A stretch of DNA of 64,000 nt from Mobula hypostoma (Eukaryota). Below the pieces are notes generated by a model that was given only the letters and a program-made list of their open reading frames with translations, searched no databases and was not told where the DNA came from. The stretch covers positions 136,588,001 to 136,652,000 of the forward strand of contig NC_086097.1 of NCBI RefSeq assembly GCF_963921235.1, in the 5' to 3' direction. Shown in pieces: positions 51,561 to 64,000 of this stretch (position 1 is the stretch's first letter; the number at the start of each line of letters is the position of its first letter). A program made the translations under genes and the position numbers.

Positions 51561-53459
51561 GTGGAGGCAGCAGAATACAGAAGCTGTCCACACCAGAACC
51601 AAAAGACTCAAAAACAGTTACTTCCCCCAGCTGTCAGGCTGATCAACAGCTCCACTCAGTAATCCACCTCACCACCCCCAACACCACTGCACCCACGTCA
51701 CCAACTGCTCTCCGCACCCTCTTCCACCCCAGCATGCGCTTCCAGTCCACCCCTCTGCACATTTACTGTGATTTCGTATGCCCTGCTGCTGCCTGGAAGA
51801 GTTCCTCTTGCCAAGAGTCACGTTGTTGCTTTATCGTTTCCTGTTACTTGCCCTGTTTGCAGAGACTCCTGTAGCTGGTGTCACTCTATGTACATGCAAT
51901 CAGTCTATGTACATCAGCTAATCTCTGTATATAGGGCCATACCCAGTTACTTGTGTGTTGTTTTATAGGATTGGTGTTACATTCTTTGTGTGTTTTCTAC
52001 TGCCTATGATGCAGAGTAACAATCATTTCACTCTCCTTTACACTCGAGTACTGAAGAGTGATGGAGGGCCCTGGCATTCAGCGGAGTCAGTTCGACAGAG
52101 ACATTCTTCCGTGGAAGTGAGAGCCCATTCCGTCATGCCCTTAGTGAATGAGTCGACAATGAAGTTGACCTTCAAACGTTCATTCCCTAGCCCATTCTGT
52201 ACTGCAGCTCGATGGTGAAGGTGGGAATGGCCCTGGTCTGGGAGTGGAGCTGCTGTAGCTCGGAGTATGGCTTCGTTCTGCAGATCGGCTGGACTCCCAT
52301 GTGAAGTTAACAAAGAACATGACAATAACGGGCTCTTCAGCTCACAGCGTCTGCATGGATTGTGACGTTGTTTTAAACTAATCCCACGTGCCTGCACACC
52401 TCCACCAGGCTGTTCCACGCTCCCACTGATCTCTTGGGGGGAGGGGGGGGTGGAATTTAAAGCTTGCCCTTTTTCTTCCTCGCACTTTCTATAAACTCTA
52501 GTGTTCAACATTTCTACTCTGTGGTAAAGATTCTGACTGTCTACCCTATCATAATTTTATAAAGCTTTATCAGCTTTCCCCTCAACCTCTGAAACTCGGT
52601 GCACAGAAAAAAGAAATGCAGGTTTGTCCAACTTCTCCTTGCAGTTAACACTCTCTGATCCAGGCAGCATCCCAGTGAATCCCTTCTGTACCCTCTCCAA
52701 AACCTCCACGTCCTTCCTGTAATGGATGACCAGAACTCTGCATCGCACTGCAAGCGCACCCTAATCAGAGTTTGCTGGAGGTGATGTGCAGCGTTGCAGT
52801 GAGAAACGTTGGCCTTGGGAAAATAGAAGTAGCAGTAACTATTCAGCCTGTCCACCAATCAGCATGATGAGGACTGGCCTCAAACCCAATACCCCATAAA
52901 CCCTCAATTCCTTGATATTTTTTTTCAATAATTTATCTACCTCCTCTTTAAATATCACCGCACACCTCCAAGCTAGCAAATTCCTGAATGTGCTGTGAGA
53001 CTGTGGACCTGTTGCTTAAGATGATGGCCTGCTTTTGCAATGCAGACTACAGGGGGGGAGGTGAATTACTGAGGCCAGACAGAAACCTCTTGACTGCTGG
53101 AGCCAAAGGCTTTTGTAAGGTCAAACAAAAGCATTGAAACAAATTCTAGGTTTAAAAATAAAGCAAAACAGTTCTGCTTTTTGTAGCTGGTTTTGAATAG
53201 AATTTTAGAAACAAAACCAAGTTAATTCCTCTTTTTTTTGATAGGCCAATGCCCTGCAAACTGCTGGCGTACATGCTTTCCAGCAGCTCACATTGGCTTG
53301 ATTGCCTCTTTCCTTTGACTTCTAATGTAAATGGATGTGGTTCACAGTCATCTTGGTCAGCATGGAGCAGTTGGTGCAGAAGGCCTGGTTCAGTGTTGTA
53401 TAATCTGACTCGAAGTTGGATTGGGCTGTAAATCGGCTTATCGAAGCAGAGCAATAAAC

Positions 53460-54425
53460 CATAAGACCAAGGGCATAGCAGCAGAATTGGTCCATTCGGA
53501 CCATTGAGTCTGCTCTATGATTAAACCGTGGCTGATTTATTCCTCTCAATCCCATTCTCCTGTCTTCTCCTTGTCAGCATCGATGCCCTTACCAATCAAG
53601 AGCCTATCAACGTCTGATTTAAATATACCCACTGACAGCCTCTACAGCTGTCTGTGGCAGTGAGTGCCACAGATTCACAATGCTCTGGCTAAAGAAATCC
53701 CCCCACCCCTCACCTTTGTTCGAAAGGGACGTCCCTGTAGTCTGATGCTGTGCCCTCTGGTCTTAGACATCCCTACTATAGGAAACATCCTCTCCATGTC
53801 CACTTTATCTAGCCCTTGCAATATTTGATAGGTTTCAATGATACCCACACTCATTCTTCTAAACTCCAGCGAGTACAGGCCCAGAGCCATTAAATGCTCT
53901 TAGTGCATTAACCGTTTCATTCCAGGATCATTCTTGTAAGCCTCCTCTGGATCCTCTCCAATACAAACACGTGCTTAGATATGGGGCCCCAAAGTTGCTC
54001 TCATTGCTCCATGTGGTCTGACCAATGCCTTACAAAGATTCAGCATTACATCCTTCCTTTCATATTCTAATCCTTTTAAAATAAAAGCTAACATTGCAAT
54101 TGGTTTCCTTACCACCGAATCAATCTTCAAGTTAAATTTTACTGAATGCCACACAAGAACTTCCAATTTGTTCCCTATTTAGAAAATAGCCTATTCCTTT
54201 TACCAAAGTGCATGACCATACACTTCCCTATTCTGTATTCCATCTGCCACCCCTTTTCCCGTTTTCCTAACCTGTTTTAAACCCTTCTGCAAGCTCCCTG
54301 CTTCCTCAGCACTCAGTCTCTCCAACCATCTTTCTGTCATCCACAAAGCCATCAATTCCATCATCCAAATCTTTGCTGTATAACATGAAAAGGAGCGGTC
54401 CCAACACCAATCCCTGCAGAATACC
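53460..54425 (-). mobile_element. CR1 3' fragment (more CR1 pieces near 10400-10720, 11330-11775, 52500-52760, 55180-55580 and 58710-59160)
   Basis: ALGLYSLEFRRM, AMLAFILKGLEY and LCKALVRPH; CCATAAGACC tail. Confidence 0.85.
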
Positions 54426-56415
54426 ATGGATTCCACTGGCCTCCGTGTTTAGTGGAAGGCAATCAATACCATAAATACAACTCTTTAAAAGAATTGGCAT
54501 AGGAACTGGCCTACTGCATTGTATGATCATATAGTGTCTCTAATTCTCCATAAACTTTTACTTCTCTTTTCTCACCGGTCTGGCAGAAGATGCATAAGCT
54601 TGAAAGCACATGTCACCAGACCCAAGGATATCTTCTATCCCACAGTTATCAGACCTCTCATACACTGAAGATGAATTCTTGATCTCCCAGTCTTCCTGAA
54701 GCACACAGTATTCTGCATTCTGTTTCCTTTTTACTATCTTGACGTATAGAATGATCTGTCTAAAGGGCACAAAGTTTTTCACTGTATCTCAGTGACAATA
54801 ATAAACCAGTAATAATCAATACACCTGAAAATTACTTCATGAAATGTTATTTTCCCCAGTTTAGAAACCAACACAGTAACTCTTCCTTCATTCCAGGCAG
54901 TTGCTGTATGAGGCTGACAGAAGCACTGTGCCGTCTTCTGTTTATACCAAAGTCACCCCACCTTGTCCGTCTGTTGTGGGTGTATCTTGGACGTGACAGT
55001 CTGAGCTGCAGTCTTGTGAGAGATGGGGGGCAGGGTGCAATGTACTGACAAGTAGACCAAACATGGGGTTTCTCAAGCACTCATTTCCCTGTCTGGCAAA
55101 TGAATTTGCATTACAAAATCTGCAGTGCCCTAATTTAAATGTGCTGAATTCACCAGTGTGATCTCCTGATTATCAGGTTGCTGTCTGGATTAGAGGGCAT
55201 GTGCTTTATGGAGAGGTTTGACAAACTTGGGTTGTTTGCCCTGGAATGACAAGGCTGAGGGGAGACCTGATAAGAGTTTATAGGATTACGAGAGCTATAG
55301 ATGGCCAGTATCTTTTTCCTAGGGACAAAATGTTTAATATCAGAGGAAATCCATTCAAGGTGAGGGGGGAAAGGCAATGTGCAAGCAAGTTTTTTTTAAA
55401 CAGAGAATGGTAGGTGGCTGGGGTGGTAGTGAAGGCAAGTACAACATGTGAATGTGCAGAGGATGGAGGGGTACAGACATTGTGTAGGTAGAAGGGATTA
55501 GCTCGGTTAGTCATTTAATTGCTAGTTTAATTATTTCAACACTACACCCTGGGTGTAAGGGTCTGCTCCCGTGCTGTAGTGTTATGTTTCTGTCAAGTTA
55601 GACATGTCCTCAGGTATGGAATCCTTTAATTGAGGGCTTCATTTATTTTAACTTTGCATTTTTTGTCCTGAAATTAATCATCAGTTGTGAGAAGATTCCT
55701 TTAATTCAGTGGAGCCTTGGTCACTGAGTGCTCATTGATATCTTGTGGCTCTGGTTGTATCCCTGCTCTGTAATTGTGGTTTGTCTGCAGAGGTATCCCA
55801 GGGACAGCTGGATCATTGTGCCTCCCAGACCCGTTTTATCTCATGGCCACAAATAACTGCTCGCCTGTCGAGGTCTCAGGAATTGTCTGGCGGTCCCCTC
55901 CCAAAGGAGAAGAAATGGGAACTGTCTTGGGCCTGTTCCTTGTATGCAGAACACTTGGCGGAGTGGGAAGAGCGGATGGGAGAGAGAGAGAGTATAGCAT
56001 TTCATACAGACAGGAAGCTCAGACTATTGGGAAACATGGAAATACAGAGCTGCCTTTTACTTAACTAACAAAGTAGATTCACTTTGATTTTACAAGCAGT
56101 GGGTAAGAAGAACCTTCCCTCCGATTGCATCTCCCCTTCTCGACCCCAAAAGTGTCAGCATTAAGCCCAGAGAACACAGGGTCCTGAAGTCAGTCTACTA
56201 GTTTGAGAATATGCGAAGAGAAAGTAACATTCTTTAACCCATGTCACACTTGCAAAATTCCTACCATCTCCCCATCTGCTCGATACTATTGTAAACTTCA
56301 CGTTATTGTCAGGCGGGCTTGGATCTCTTGATTCTAATAATGGCTTTGGCAGGCTGTGACAATCATGGCCACTGTGGTTTCCTGTGACACAGGTGTGACA
56401 CAAAATGCTGATGTT

Positions 56416-56729
56416 GCTGAAGTTGGGCGGGGGTGGCCTAGCCTGAGGGAGTTGGGTGGGGGTGGCCTGAGGGAGATGGGAGGGGGCGGCCCGGACTGAG
56501 GGAGATGGGAGGGGGCGGCCCGGCCTGAGGGAGATGGGCGGGGGCGGCCCGCCCTGAGGGAGATGGGCGGGGGCGGCCCGCCCTGAGGGAGATGGGCGGG
56601 GGCGGCCCGGCCTGAGGGAGTTGGGCGGGGGCGGCCCGGCCTGAGGGAGTTGGGCGGGGGCGGCCCGGCCTGAGGGAGTTGGGCGGGGGCGGCCCGGCCT
56701 GAGGGAGTTGGGCGGGGGCGGCCCGGCCT
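56416..56729 (+). repeat. GC-rich 29-bp minisatellite (about 11 units) immediately upstream of the SNTB1 exon at 56759
   Basis: Unit CTGAGGGAG(T/A)TGGGCGGGGGCGGCCCGGC; the first two units are degenerate and the later ones near-identical. Confidence 0.95.
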
Positions 56730-56758
56730 AATGGTTCCCTGTCTTTTTCTCTCTGCAG

Positions 56759-56901
56759 CCAATGGTAGAGGGTGACAAGAGAACCTGGAAGCCGGTCCTG
56801 GTTGTAATCACCGAGAAGGACATGCTTATGTATCCTAGTATGCCTCGTCTGAAGGAGTCCTGGCTCAGTCCAGCATATACTTACCCGCTGCTTGCCACCA
56901 G
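56759..56901 (+). CDS. SNTB1: Beta-1 syntrophin, internal coding exon (probably exon 4): PH2 domain; missed by the ORF track
   Basis: Branch-like CTAAT, polypyrimidine tract and ...ctctgcAG (56757-56758); donor AG|GTAAGA (56902). Translation PMVEGDKRTWKPVLVVITEKDMLMYPSMPRLKESWLSPAYTYPLLATR matches the syntrophin WKP.LV..TEKD and YPLLATR motifs. 143 nt, phase 0 to phase 2, in frame with the previous exon. Confidence 0.94.
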
Positions 56902-59900
56902 GTAAGACGGCAGAATGTGAGGAAATGATCTCTTTGGTTTGCCAGTGGGAACTTCACTTTCCTTTTACAAAGGCGGCAACTTCAAGTTTGGTTTAGCTTT
57001 AATTAAACGGGTCTTGGTTGCACTCTTTGCATCCCTCCTCCTTTCACCACACTCTATTTGAGATACCCCTACCTCCCCCAGCCCACCAATGATCCTGCCG
57101 CTGCAGATGCACGCACTCCCCATGGGCCAGGCTGGAACTTGATCGGAATTTGGAGTCTCACTTCTGCAGTTCCTGGTCATTCACCAATAGATCCAGTATG
57201 TGGCCTCAGCTGTTGAGTGCCTTTGCTTCAACCCCCACAATTGACACCTGAATTCAGCCTGAAATGCAGACTGGATACTGTATCCCCAATTTTACTTGGC
57301 ACATCAGTTCATTCATTGAGTGAGTGGGGCTTAAATGTGATCCTCCCCTTCACCACATTCCCCCTTCCTCGCCACTTGTCCATCTCTCCTAACAGTCCTG
57401 CTTTGTCTGTTGGTGTTGGAGATAACTCTACATCTCTCCTGTAGAACTTCACTCTTCAAAGACCTGGCTCTTAACTTGTGGGCTTCATCTCCAACCCTTC
57501 CCTCTCCAAAGAGTTCTCTTCTATCCCATCCTTTGTTTCCCAGACCAGGTCCTGCCAATTGCAGTGCCCAGTACCACTTGGCAAACCCTCGTGTGTCAGG
57601 TCAAATGCTCAACTCTGTTCAGTGTTCCAGATTTGCAGGAGGTTCTGTGAGCCGTTCCTGCAGAAACAAGCAGATACATGGGCAAACACACAGACACCAG
57701 AGTGAAGCACATATGGACAAGCACAAACAAACAGGGAGAGACACACACACATGTACACAGTCACACAGGCATGGACACGTGCACGGGCACATCCCATTAG
57801 GGCAAGTTAAATCCCTCAACAAATCTATCAACGTACCCTGAGCTCCTCTGATAAGCAGCAGGGATCATCAGAACAGACAGATGAGTGAGATTGTGCTGGG
57901 ATCTGTTTGAGGCCTGAAAGTGGGTGCTTCCTGCTCCCAGCCTGGGTTACTGAGAGGGGGATGAACCCAGGGCAGGATAATTACAACTCTGAATGAGCGC
58001 TCTCTTCTTATGTTAGGAATATTTTTACCCAAATTATTTTTTTAAAAGTCAAGGATCCTTGTTGAAAAATAATTATAGCAGTATCTGATGATGGATTTGC
58101 CAGCACTGAAATGTCAACTAATTTCCCTTAATCATTAAAAAAAATCACACTCTCTAGGAAAATTCTGCATTCAGGAAAAACAGGATGAGAAATCCTGTTC
58201 TTGCTGTGTGCCAGAGGAAACTTGCTTCCGGAAGTGAGAAGAGTAATCTGTTTATTGTTTTATGAAACCAAGTGAATCTGATCATTGCTGTTGACCCAAG
58301 ATGATGTAAGACTTAAAGATATTATCCAATCCGGTCTGATTTGCAACGTCCAAAGTTCCCAGAGGAGTTGATGTATCTTGTAGTCATCCAGCCAGCTTCT
58401 TCCCACAAGTCTTAGTTGGTTTGACTCGGACCTTTTGATGTTAGGAGTTGTTTACCTAAGGGGCTGTTTTAGTGCCTTCACTGACACTCTGCGTTCCATT
58501 GTTAGTTGTGGACAATCATCTTGGCTCTGGGGATCTCCTACTGGAAACCCCGCCAACTTCCTTCATCCCCTCTCAAGTCTCCCAGGAGCAACTTCCTGTA
58601 GTTCAGCATTCCCCTGGTGTGAAAATGTATTAATTCAATATAATATCCTTAAGGTTTTAATTGAAAGATTGCAGTTTGTTTTATCAGGAAGTTAGTGCTG
58701 CATTGGACTGTACAGTACAAGATCAGGTCCTTTGGCCCATAATGCAAACTTGAACTACATCTGCCTGTGTATGAACTATATCCCTCCATTCCTCGTCTCT
58801 TTCTGCATGTCTAAATGCACCATGGTACTTGACACTTCCACCTTGGGGGAGAAAGATCTGATTATCTGCTCTATGCCTCTCATAATTTTATATACTTTGA
58901 TCAGGTTTCCCCTTAGTTTCCAAGGCTCCAGAGAAAACAACCAAAGTTTATCCAGCTTTTCCTTGTGGCTAATACTTTCAAATCTGGGCAATATCCTAGT
59001 GAATCTTTCTGCAGTCTCTCCAAAGTCTCCATATCCTTCCTGTAAAGCAGTGACTAGAACTTCATATAATTATCTAGACCTAACCAAAGTTTCATATAGG
59101 TGCAAAATAGCTTCCTGACTTATACTCAGTGTCCTGACTGATAAAGGAAAGTACGCCATTGACCTTACAACTAACTAGTCACCACACCAATGATCAAAAC
59201 AGAACTAAAGTTCATTCATTGTTTTTATGCATAACTAATAGTGAAAATTGTAGTACAGTTACCTAAAATAATGTAACACTGAACTGCACTACAATTACTA
59301 CACTGTAATAACTCTAATTCATCCCAGAGAACTACAGCTAGGTCCAACAATGACACCAGCAGGTGATCTGGTTGCTTATGGGGTTTTTCTGCGCTGGAAT
59401 GACCACAGAAGCAGCTCCACTTCAGAGGCATTTCACTGGCTCCTGGAACATAATTTCCCCAATTATTCCCACTGCCTGTTTCTTACTTCCTGTGTAGTAC
59501 AACGCCTTCCAGCCTTAGACTTCCATTTCTCTTGTATCAGTTTCTAGATCGGGAGAAACCCCGATCCCGAGACCCAGGTTTGATCCTGGCCTCCAGTGCT
59601 CCGTGCGTGGAGTTTGCACGTTCTCCCTGTGGTCACATGGTTTCCTCCCATGCCCTAATTGGCCGCCGTACTTTGCACCTTGTGTGAGGGTGAGTGACGG
59701 GAAGACTATCTGAGTCACTAGACCTGTGAGGTGGCAGCTCTGTTAACTGCCTTTGATATTATATTGACCATCACAAGACCATCTTCAGGAGGATATTGAC
59801 TTTAAGCTCAAAGCTTCTGAAAAGGATGTGTTTTAAGGAGCATTGTGGAGGAAGAAAGAGGCAGAATGGTTTGTATCTCCAGAGCTCAGGGCTTCCGCAG

Positions 59901-60079
59901 CTGAAGTTGGGGCAGCTATTGTGGGGCTATTGGTGGACAACCAAGTGCTCATAATTGGAGGAACTCAGGTACTTTGAGGAGTTGTATGACGCGATGATAT
60001 AATGGTACAAAGGGACTGAGGGACAAGGTAACTGGGAGCTTGTGAGTGTGGGGATAATGATGAATGGGACTTGTTAATT

Positions 60080-61767
60080 GATTAAGTCTGGTGCAGCACC
60101 TCTAAAATTTGGAATGGCTACTAATTCATGGAAGGCATTTAAAAAAGACATTGAAATTGACTGAATTTTTTAAACCTGTTCTCGATGAGGCTGGTGGACA
60201 AATGGGGACTTGTTCAACAGTTAGCGCTAGCACCAGCGTTAGCAGAGGACCGCCGTCCTTGCCACAGTTAGCAGCTAACGTTGAAGAGGCAGAGAGCATA
60301 ACTTTGGGATTCCCGACCACAGAGGCCTCCAAACAACCAAGTCAGGCTGCAATTAATGTTAACGTTACCACTACTGAGGGTCTTTACAGCACTGATCCTG
60401 CTCGCTGGGGAAAGGAAGCGTTAGATGATTCAGTCTGAGCGTACTGGGCTAAGAAAGGTGGAGTCCTGCCAGAATAAGGATGTGGATATCAAAGTTTTGG
60501 AACGAGTATACAAACAGCAGAGACGTTTTTTCTCCAAATTTCACTTCAAACGCAAGCTCGTAAATGGTGAGTACATATCAAGGCATTGGCTCTTATATTC
60601 CCCTTCCACCGGCTGTGTGTTTTGTTTTGCTTTGCATGCCGCATCTTCAGTGATGGTAACTGTCAGTCCATCTTTGAAACTAGCTTTAACTACTGGCAAC
60701 ATGCCGCTGAGCGCATAGAGCATGAAAATAGGCAAACACCACAGAAAAACGATACTGACCTACGTTTCACTAGCGTATGACAGTGGAAGAATAGATACAG
60801 AACTGCAAGAACAGTTCGAGTCAGAGTGTGTCTACTGGACCGACGTATTCAGAAGAGTGTTGGTGGTTGTGAAGTTTTTGGTTGAGAGAGGACTGGCTAT
60901 CCAAGGCTCCAGTGACATATTTGGCAGGCGTGATAACAGCAACTACATAGGCTGAGATCCACAATGGGACAGGACAGGCTGAGTCATCTCACTCTGATGT
61001 CACTTGTTCAGAAACTGGATTTTAGTGATCTGATCAAGGACTTTGTTGCGAAGGAATCCAGAAGAACTAGGAGTTTTGAAAAACAAGCATCTGACTTTGT
61101 AAATATCTAGGCTTGTGTGTCAGTGCTGTTCCTATTTTTGTGGCAGGAGGCTAATAGTTGACTGTTTACAAACTTAGTAATAAGTGGTCTTTACTCTGCA
61201 AGCCACACAGTACAGCAATAGGTTAGAATGTGCTAGATCTCATTTTTCAAAAAGATTGTTGGAGTATTGTCAAGTTTCCTAGTTTGCCACAGTGCCATCT
61301 CTCTTGGCCTTTCTGTCTCTCATTTCCATTTTACTTTCTCAGAACATACGGTTGAGAAAAATACCCGGATAAAAATGCTTTGGCACTGTTTGAGGAATAA
61401 GGCCTATGGTATGTGCAGCAGTAGCTAAATAAACAATTAAGATTGGGTACATCATACTTTGTCTCCCTCGTAACTTTACTAAGCCAACTGAGCCCAGGTC
61501 AATTTTTCAGTGCTTTAGATGCTGTCCTTCAAACTAAGAAGCTGCATTACTTTCTGTCCTCCCTCTTAAGGCCTGTAAGTTTATAGCCTACGTGTTGTAC
61601 TAAACCAATGCCTTGGTCCACAGCTTCGATATTTAGACCAGTACGACCTTCGCTCTTGTTCTTGCCTTTTTTTTTTGCTTGGTTGGTACAGCAGCATTTT
61701 ACAGTGTCGGCAGGGGCCCATCAGGGCCTCCAGCCCAGGGGCCCCGGCCCCACTAAATCTGGCCCTG
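60080..61767 (+). mobile_element. hAT DNA transposon (ZMYM1/TTF-zinc-finger type), internally deleted, right end intact
   Basis: STDPARW, RHWLLYSPSTGCVFCFACRIF, RRVLVVVKFLVERGLAIQG...NSNYIG, then a jump to the C-terminal STMGQDRLSHLTLMS..LDFSDLIKDF; terminus GGGGCCC...TAAATCTGGCCCTG. Confidence 0.85.
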
Positions 61768-61824
61768 CCCCTGCCACTCAACTTTCTGGCATTCTGCTGG
61801 TGTCTTCCACTGTGAATTGACAGA

Positions 61825-63500
61825 TGAGGTACCATAGGACTGGAGGATAGCCAATGTTGTTCTGCTGTTCAACAAAAGCTCTAAAAATAAACCAGGAAAT
61901 TACAGGTTGGTGAGCCTGACATCAGTAGTGGGAAACTTATTAAAAGGTATTGCGAGGGTTAGGATGTATAAGTGTTTTGATAGACATGGGCTGATTAACG
62001 ATTAGTCAGTATGGCTTCGTGTGTGGTAGGTGCTGTCTGACCAGTCTTAAGTTTTTTGAGGAAGTTGCCAGGAAAGTTGATGAAGGCAAAGCAATGGATG
62101 TTGTCTACATGGCAAAGCATTTGCCAAGGTCCCTCACAGGAGGTTGGTCAAGAAGGTTCAGTCACTTGGCATTCAAGGTGAGGTGGTAAATTGGATTAGA
62201 CACGGCTTTGTGAGAGAAGCCAGAGAGTGGTAGTAGATGGTTGTCTCTCTGACTACAGGCCTTTGACTAGTGGAGTCCCACAGGGATCAGTGCTGGGTCC
62301 ATTGTTGTTTGTCATCTATATCAACAATCTAGATGATTATATGGTTAACTGGATCAGCAAATATGTGATGACACCTACATTGGGGCTGTAGTGGACAGTG
62401 AGGAAGGCTGACTGTGAGATCTGATCCAGCTGGAAACATGGCAGATGGAATTTAATGCAGACAAGTGCAAGTGTTGCTCCTCAGTAGGGCCACCCAGGGT
62501 AGGTCTTGCACAGTGAACGGTACGGCACTGAAGAGTGCGGTAGAACAAAAAGATCTGGGCATACAGCTCCATAAGTCATTGAAAGTGGTGTCACAGGTAG
62601 ATAGGACTATAAAGAATGCTTTTGGCACATTGGCCTTCATAAATCAAAGTACTGAGTACAGGAGATGGGGTGTTATGCTGAAGTTGAATAATTTGGAGTA
62701 TTGTGTGCAGTTTTGATTACCAGCCTACAGGAAAGATGTAAGTAGTAGTATCCAAGAATCTTCCAGGAACGGTGCCTCAGAAAAGGGGAGTCCATTATTA
62801 AGGACCCCCATCACCCAGGACATCATCTCAGCATCACTGTCAGGAGGGAGGTGCACACTCAGCGACTCAGGAGTCGCTTCTTCCCCTCTGCCATCTGATT
62901 TCTAAATGGATATTGAACCCATGAACACCATCTCACTTTCTTTTTATTATTTCTGTTTTGCACTATTTTCAATTTAACTATTTAATATACATATGTATTT
63001 ACTGTAATTTTTTTGTGTTTATCACATATTGCATTGTACTGCTGCTGCTAAAATAACAAATTTCACAACATACGCCAATGATATTAAACCTGATTCCGAT
63101 TCTGAACAAGGTTGAAAGCATACAGAGAAAATTTACAGGGCCATTGCCAGGTCTCTAGGACCTGTTATAAGGAAAAATTGAATAGGTAAGGACTTTATTC
63201 CTTGGAAAGTAGACGATTGAGAGGAGAATTGATGGAGGTATGCAAAATTATGAAGGGTATAGACAGGGTAAATGCATGCAGGCTTTTTCCACTGAGGTTG
63301 GGTGGAACTACAACCAGAGGTCATGGGTTAAGGCTGGAAGGTGAGAAGTTTAAGGGGAACATGAAGGGGAACTTCTTCACTCAGTGGGTTGTGAGAGTGC
63401 AGAATGAGCTGCCAGCACAAGTAGTACACACAAGTTCAATTTCAGTGTTTTATGAGAAGCTTGGATAGATACATGGATGGTAGGGATATGGTCTGGATGC
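61825..63500 (+). mobile_element. CR1 fragment interrupted by a Rex1 3' fragment (about 62742-63104)
   Basis: DWRIANV, GVPQGSVLGPLLF, AFGTLAFINQ and GNFFTQWVV; the CR1 sequence GAAAGATGTAA|ACAAGGTTGAAAG rejoins across the insert. Confidence 0.85.
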
Positions 63501-63619
63501 AGGTCAGTATTTTTTATATATTTTCACATAATTGTTATATAAAAATTCTGATATCCTCTATATTATCGGCTTTTTTCCTGGTGGGCTCAACCACAAACTG
63601 CCCCAAAAAGCGATCTTTT

Positions 63620-64000
63620 ATTGAATTGACTTTACTTCCTACATCCTTCACGTACATGAGGAATAAAAATCTTTACGTTATGTCTCTGTCTACATGTGCA
63701 ATGTGCAATCATAGTAATTTATAATAAACAGAACGGTCAATGTAACATAGAATACACTTAGATCAGTGCAAGTTAATCAGTCTGATGGCCTGGTGGAAGA
63801 AGCTGTCCTGGACCCTGTTGGTCCTGGCTTTTGTGCTGCGGTACAGTTTCCCGGATGGTAGCAGCTGGAATAGATTGTGGTTGGGGTGACTCGTGTCCCC
63901 AATGATCCTACAGGACCTTTGTACACACCTGTCCTTGTAAATGTCCTGAATCATGGGAAGTTCACAACTACCGATGTGGTGGGCTGTCCACACCACTCTC
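63620..64000 (-). mobile_element. Rex1/Babar 3' end, runs off the window
   Basis: IIGDTSHPNHNLFQLLPSGKLYRSTKARTNRVQDSFFHQAIRLIN. Confidence 0.85.

Noticed and set aside
56334..56762. 142-aa Pro/Arg-rich minus-strand ORF
   Set aside because: It is the translation of the 29-bp minisatellite, antisense to SNTB1; no coding evidence.
60109..60955. ZMYM1-like host zinc-finger gene
   Set aside because: Frameshifted, internally deleted and ending in a hAT terminal repeat; a dead transposon rather than a domesticated gene.

Overview
This is eukaryotic, vertebrate genomic DNA, almost all intron. The repeat landscape (CR1, Rex1/Babar, L1, V-SINE, Deu-SINE, Penelope remnants) suggests a cartilaginous fish, probably a ray; that is an inference. 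The window lies inside a beta-1 syntrophin (SNTB1) gene on the + strand. Three consecutive internal coding exons (43695-43917, 47192-47399, 56759-56901) have canonical AG/GT sites and compatible phases; I did not find the first exon or the later exons here. Much of the rest is transposable-element debris: a near-complete CR1, a full-length L1 nested in a Rex1 that is itself nested in a CR1 fragment, a Vingi LINE nested in a CR1, Tc1, pogo/Tigger, hAT and Gypsy remnants, SINEs and two minisatellites. I found no convincing novel functional multi-gene system. The most unusual observations are a G-quadruplex-like VNTR abutting an exon's branch point, an in-frame but probably accidental RT-transposase fusion ORF, an internally inverted Gypsy derivative, the three-level retrotransposon nest, the Vingi insertion and degenerate hammerhead-ribozyme motifs. 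All family assignments come from motif recognition by eye, not database searches.
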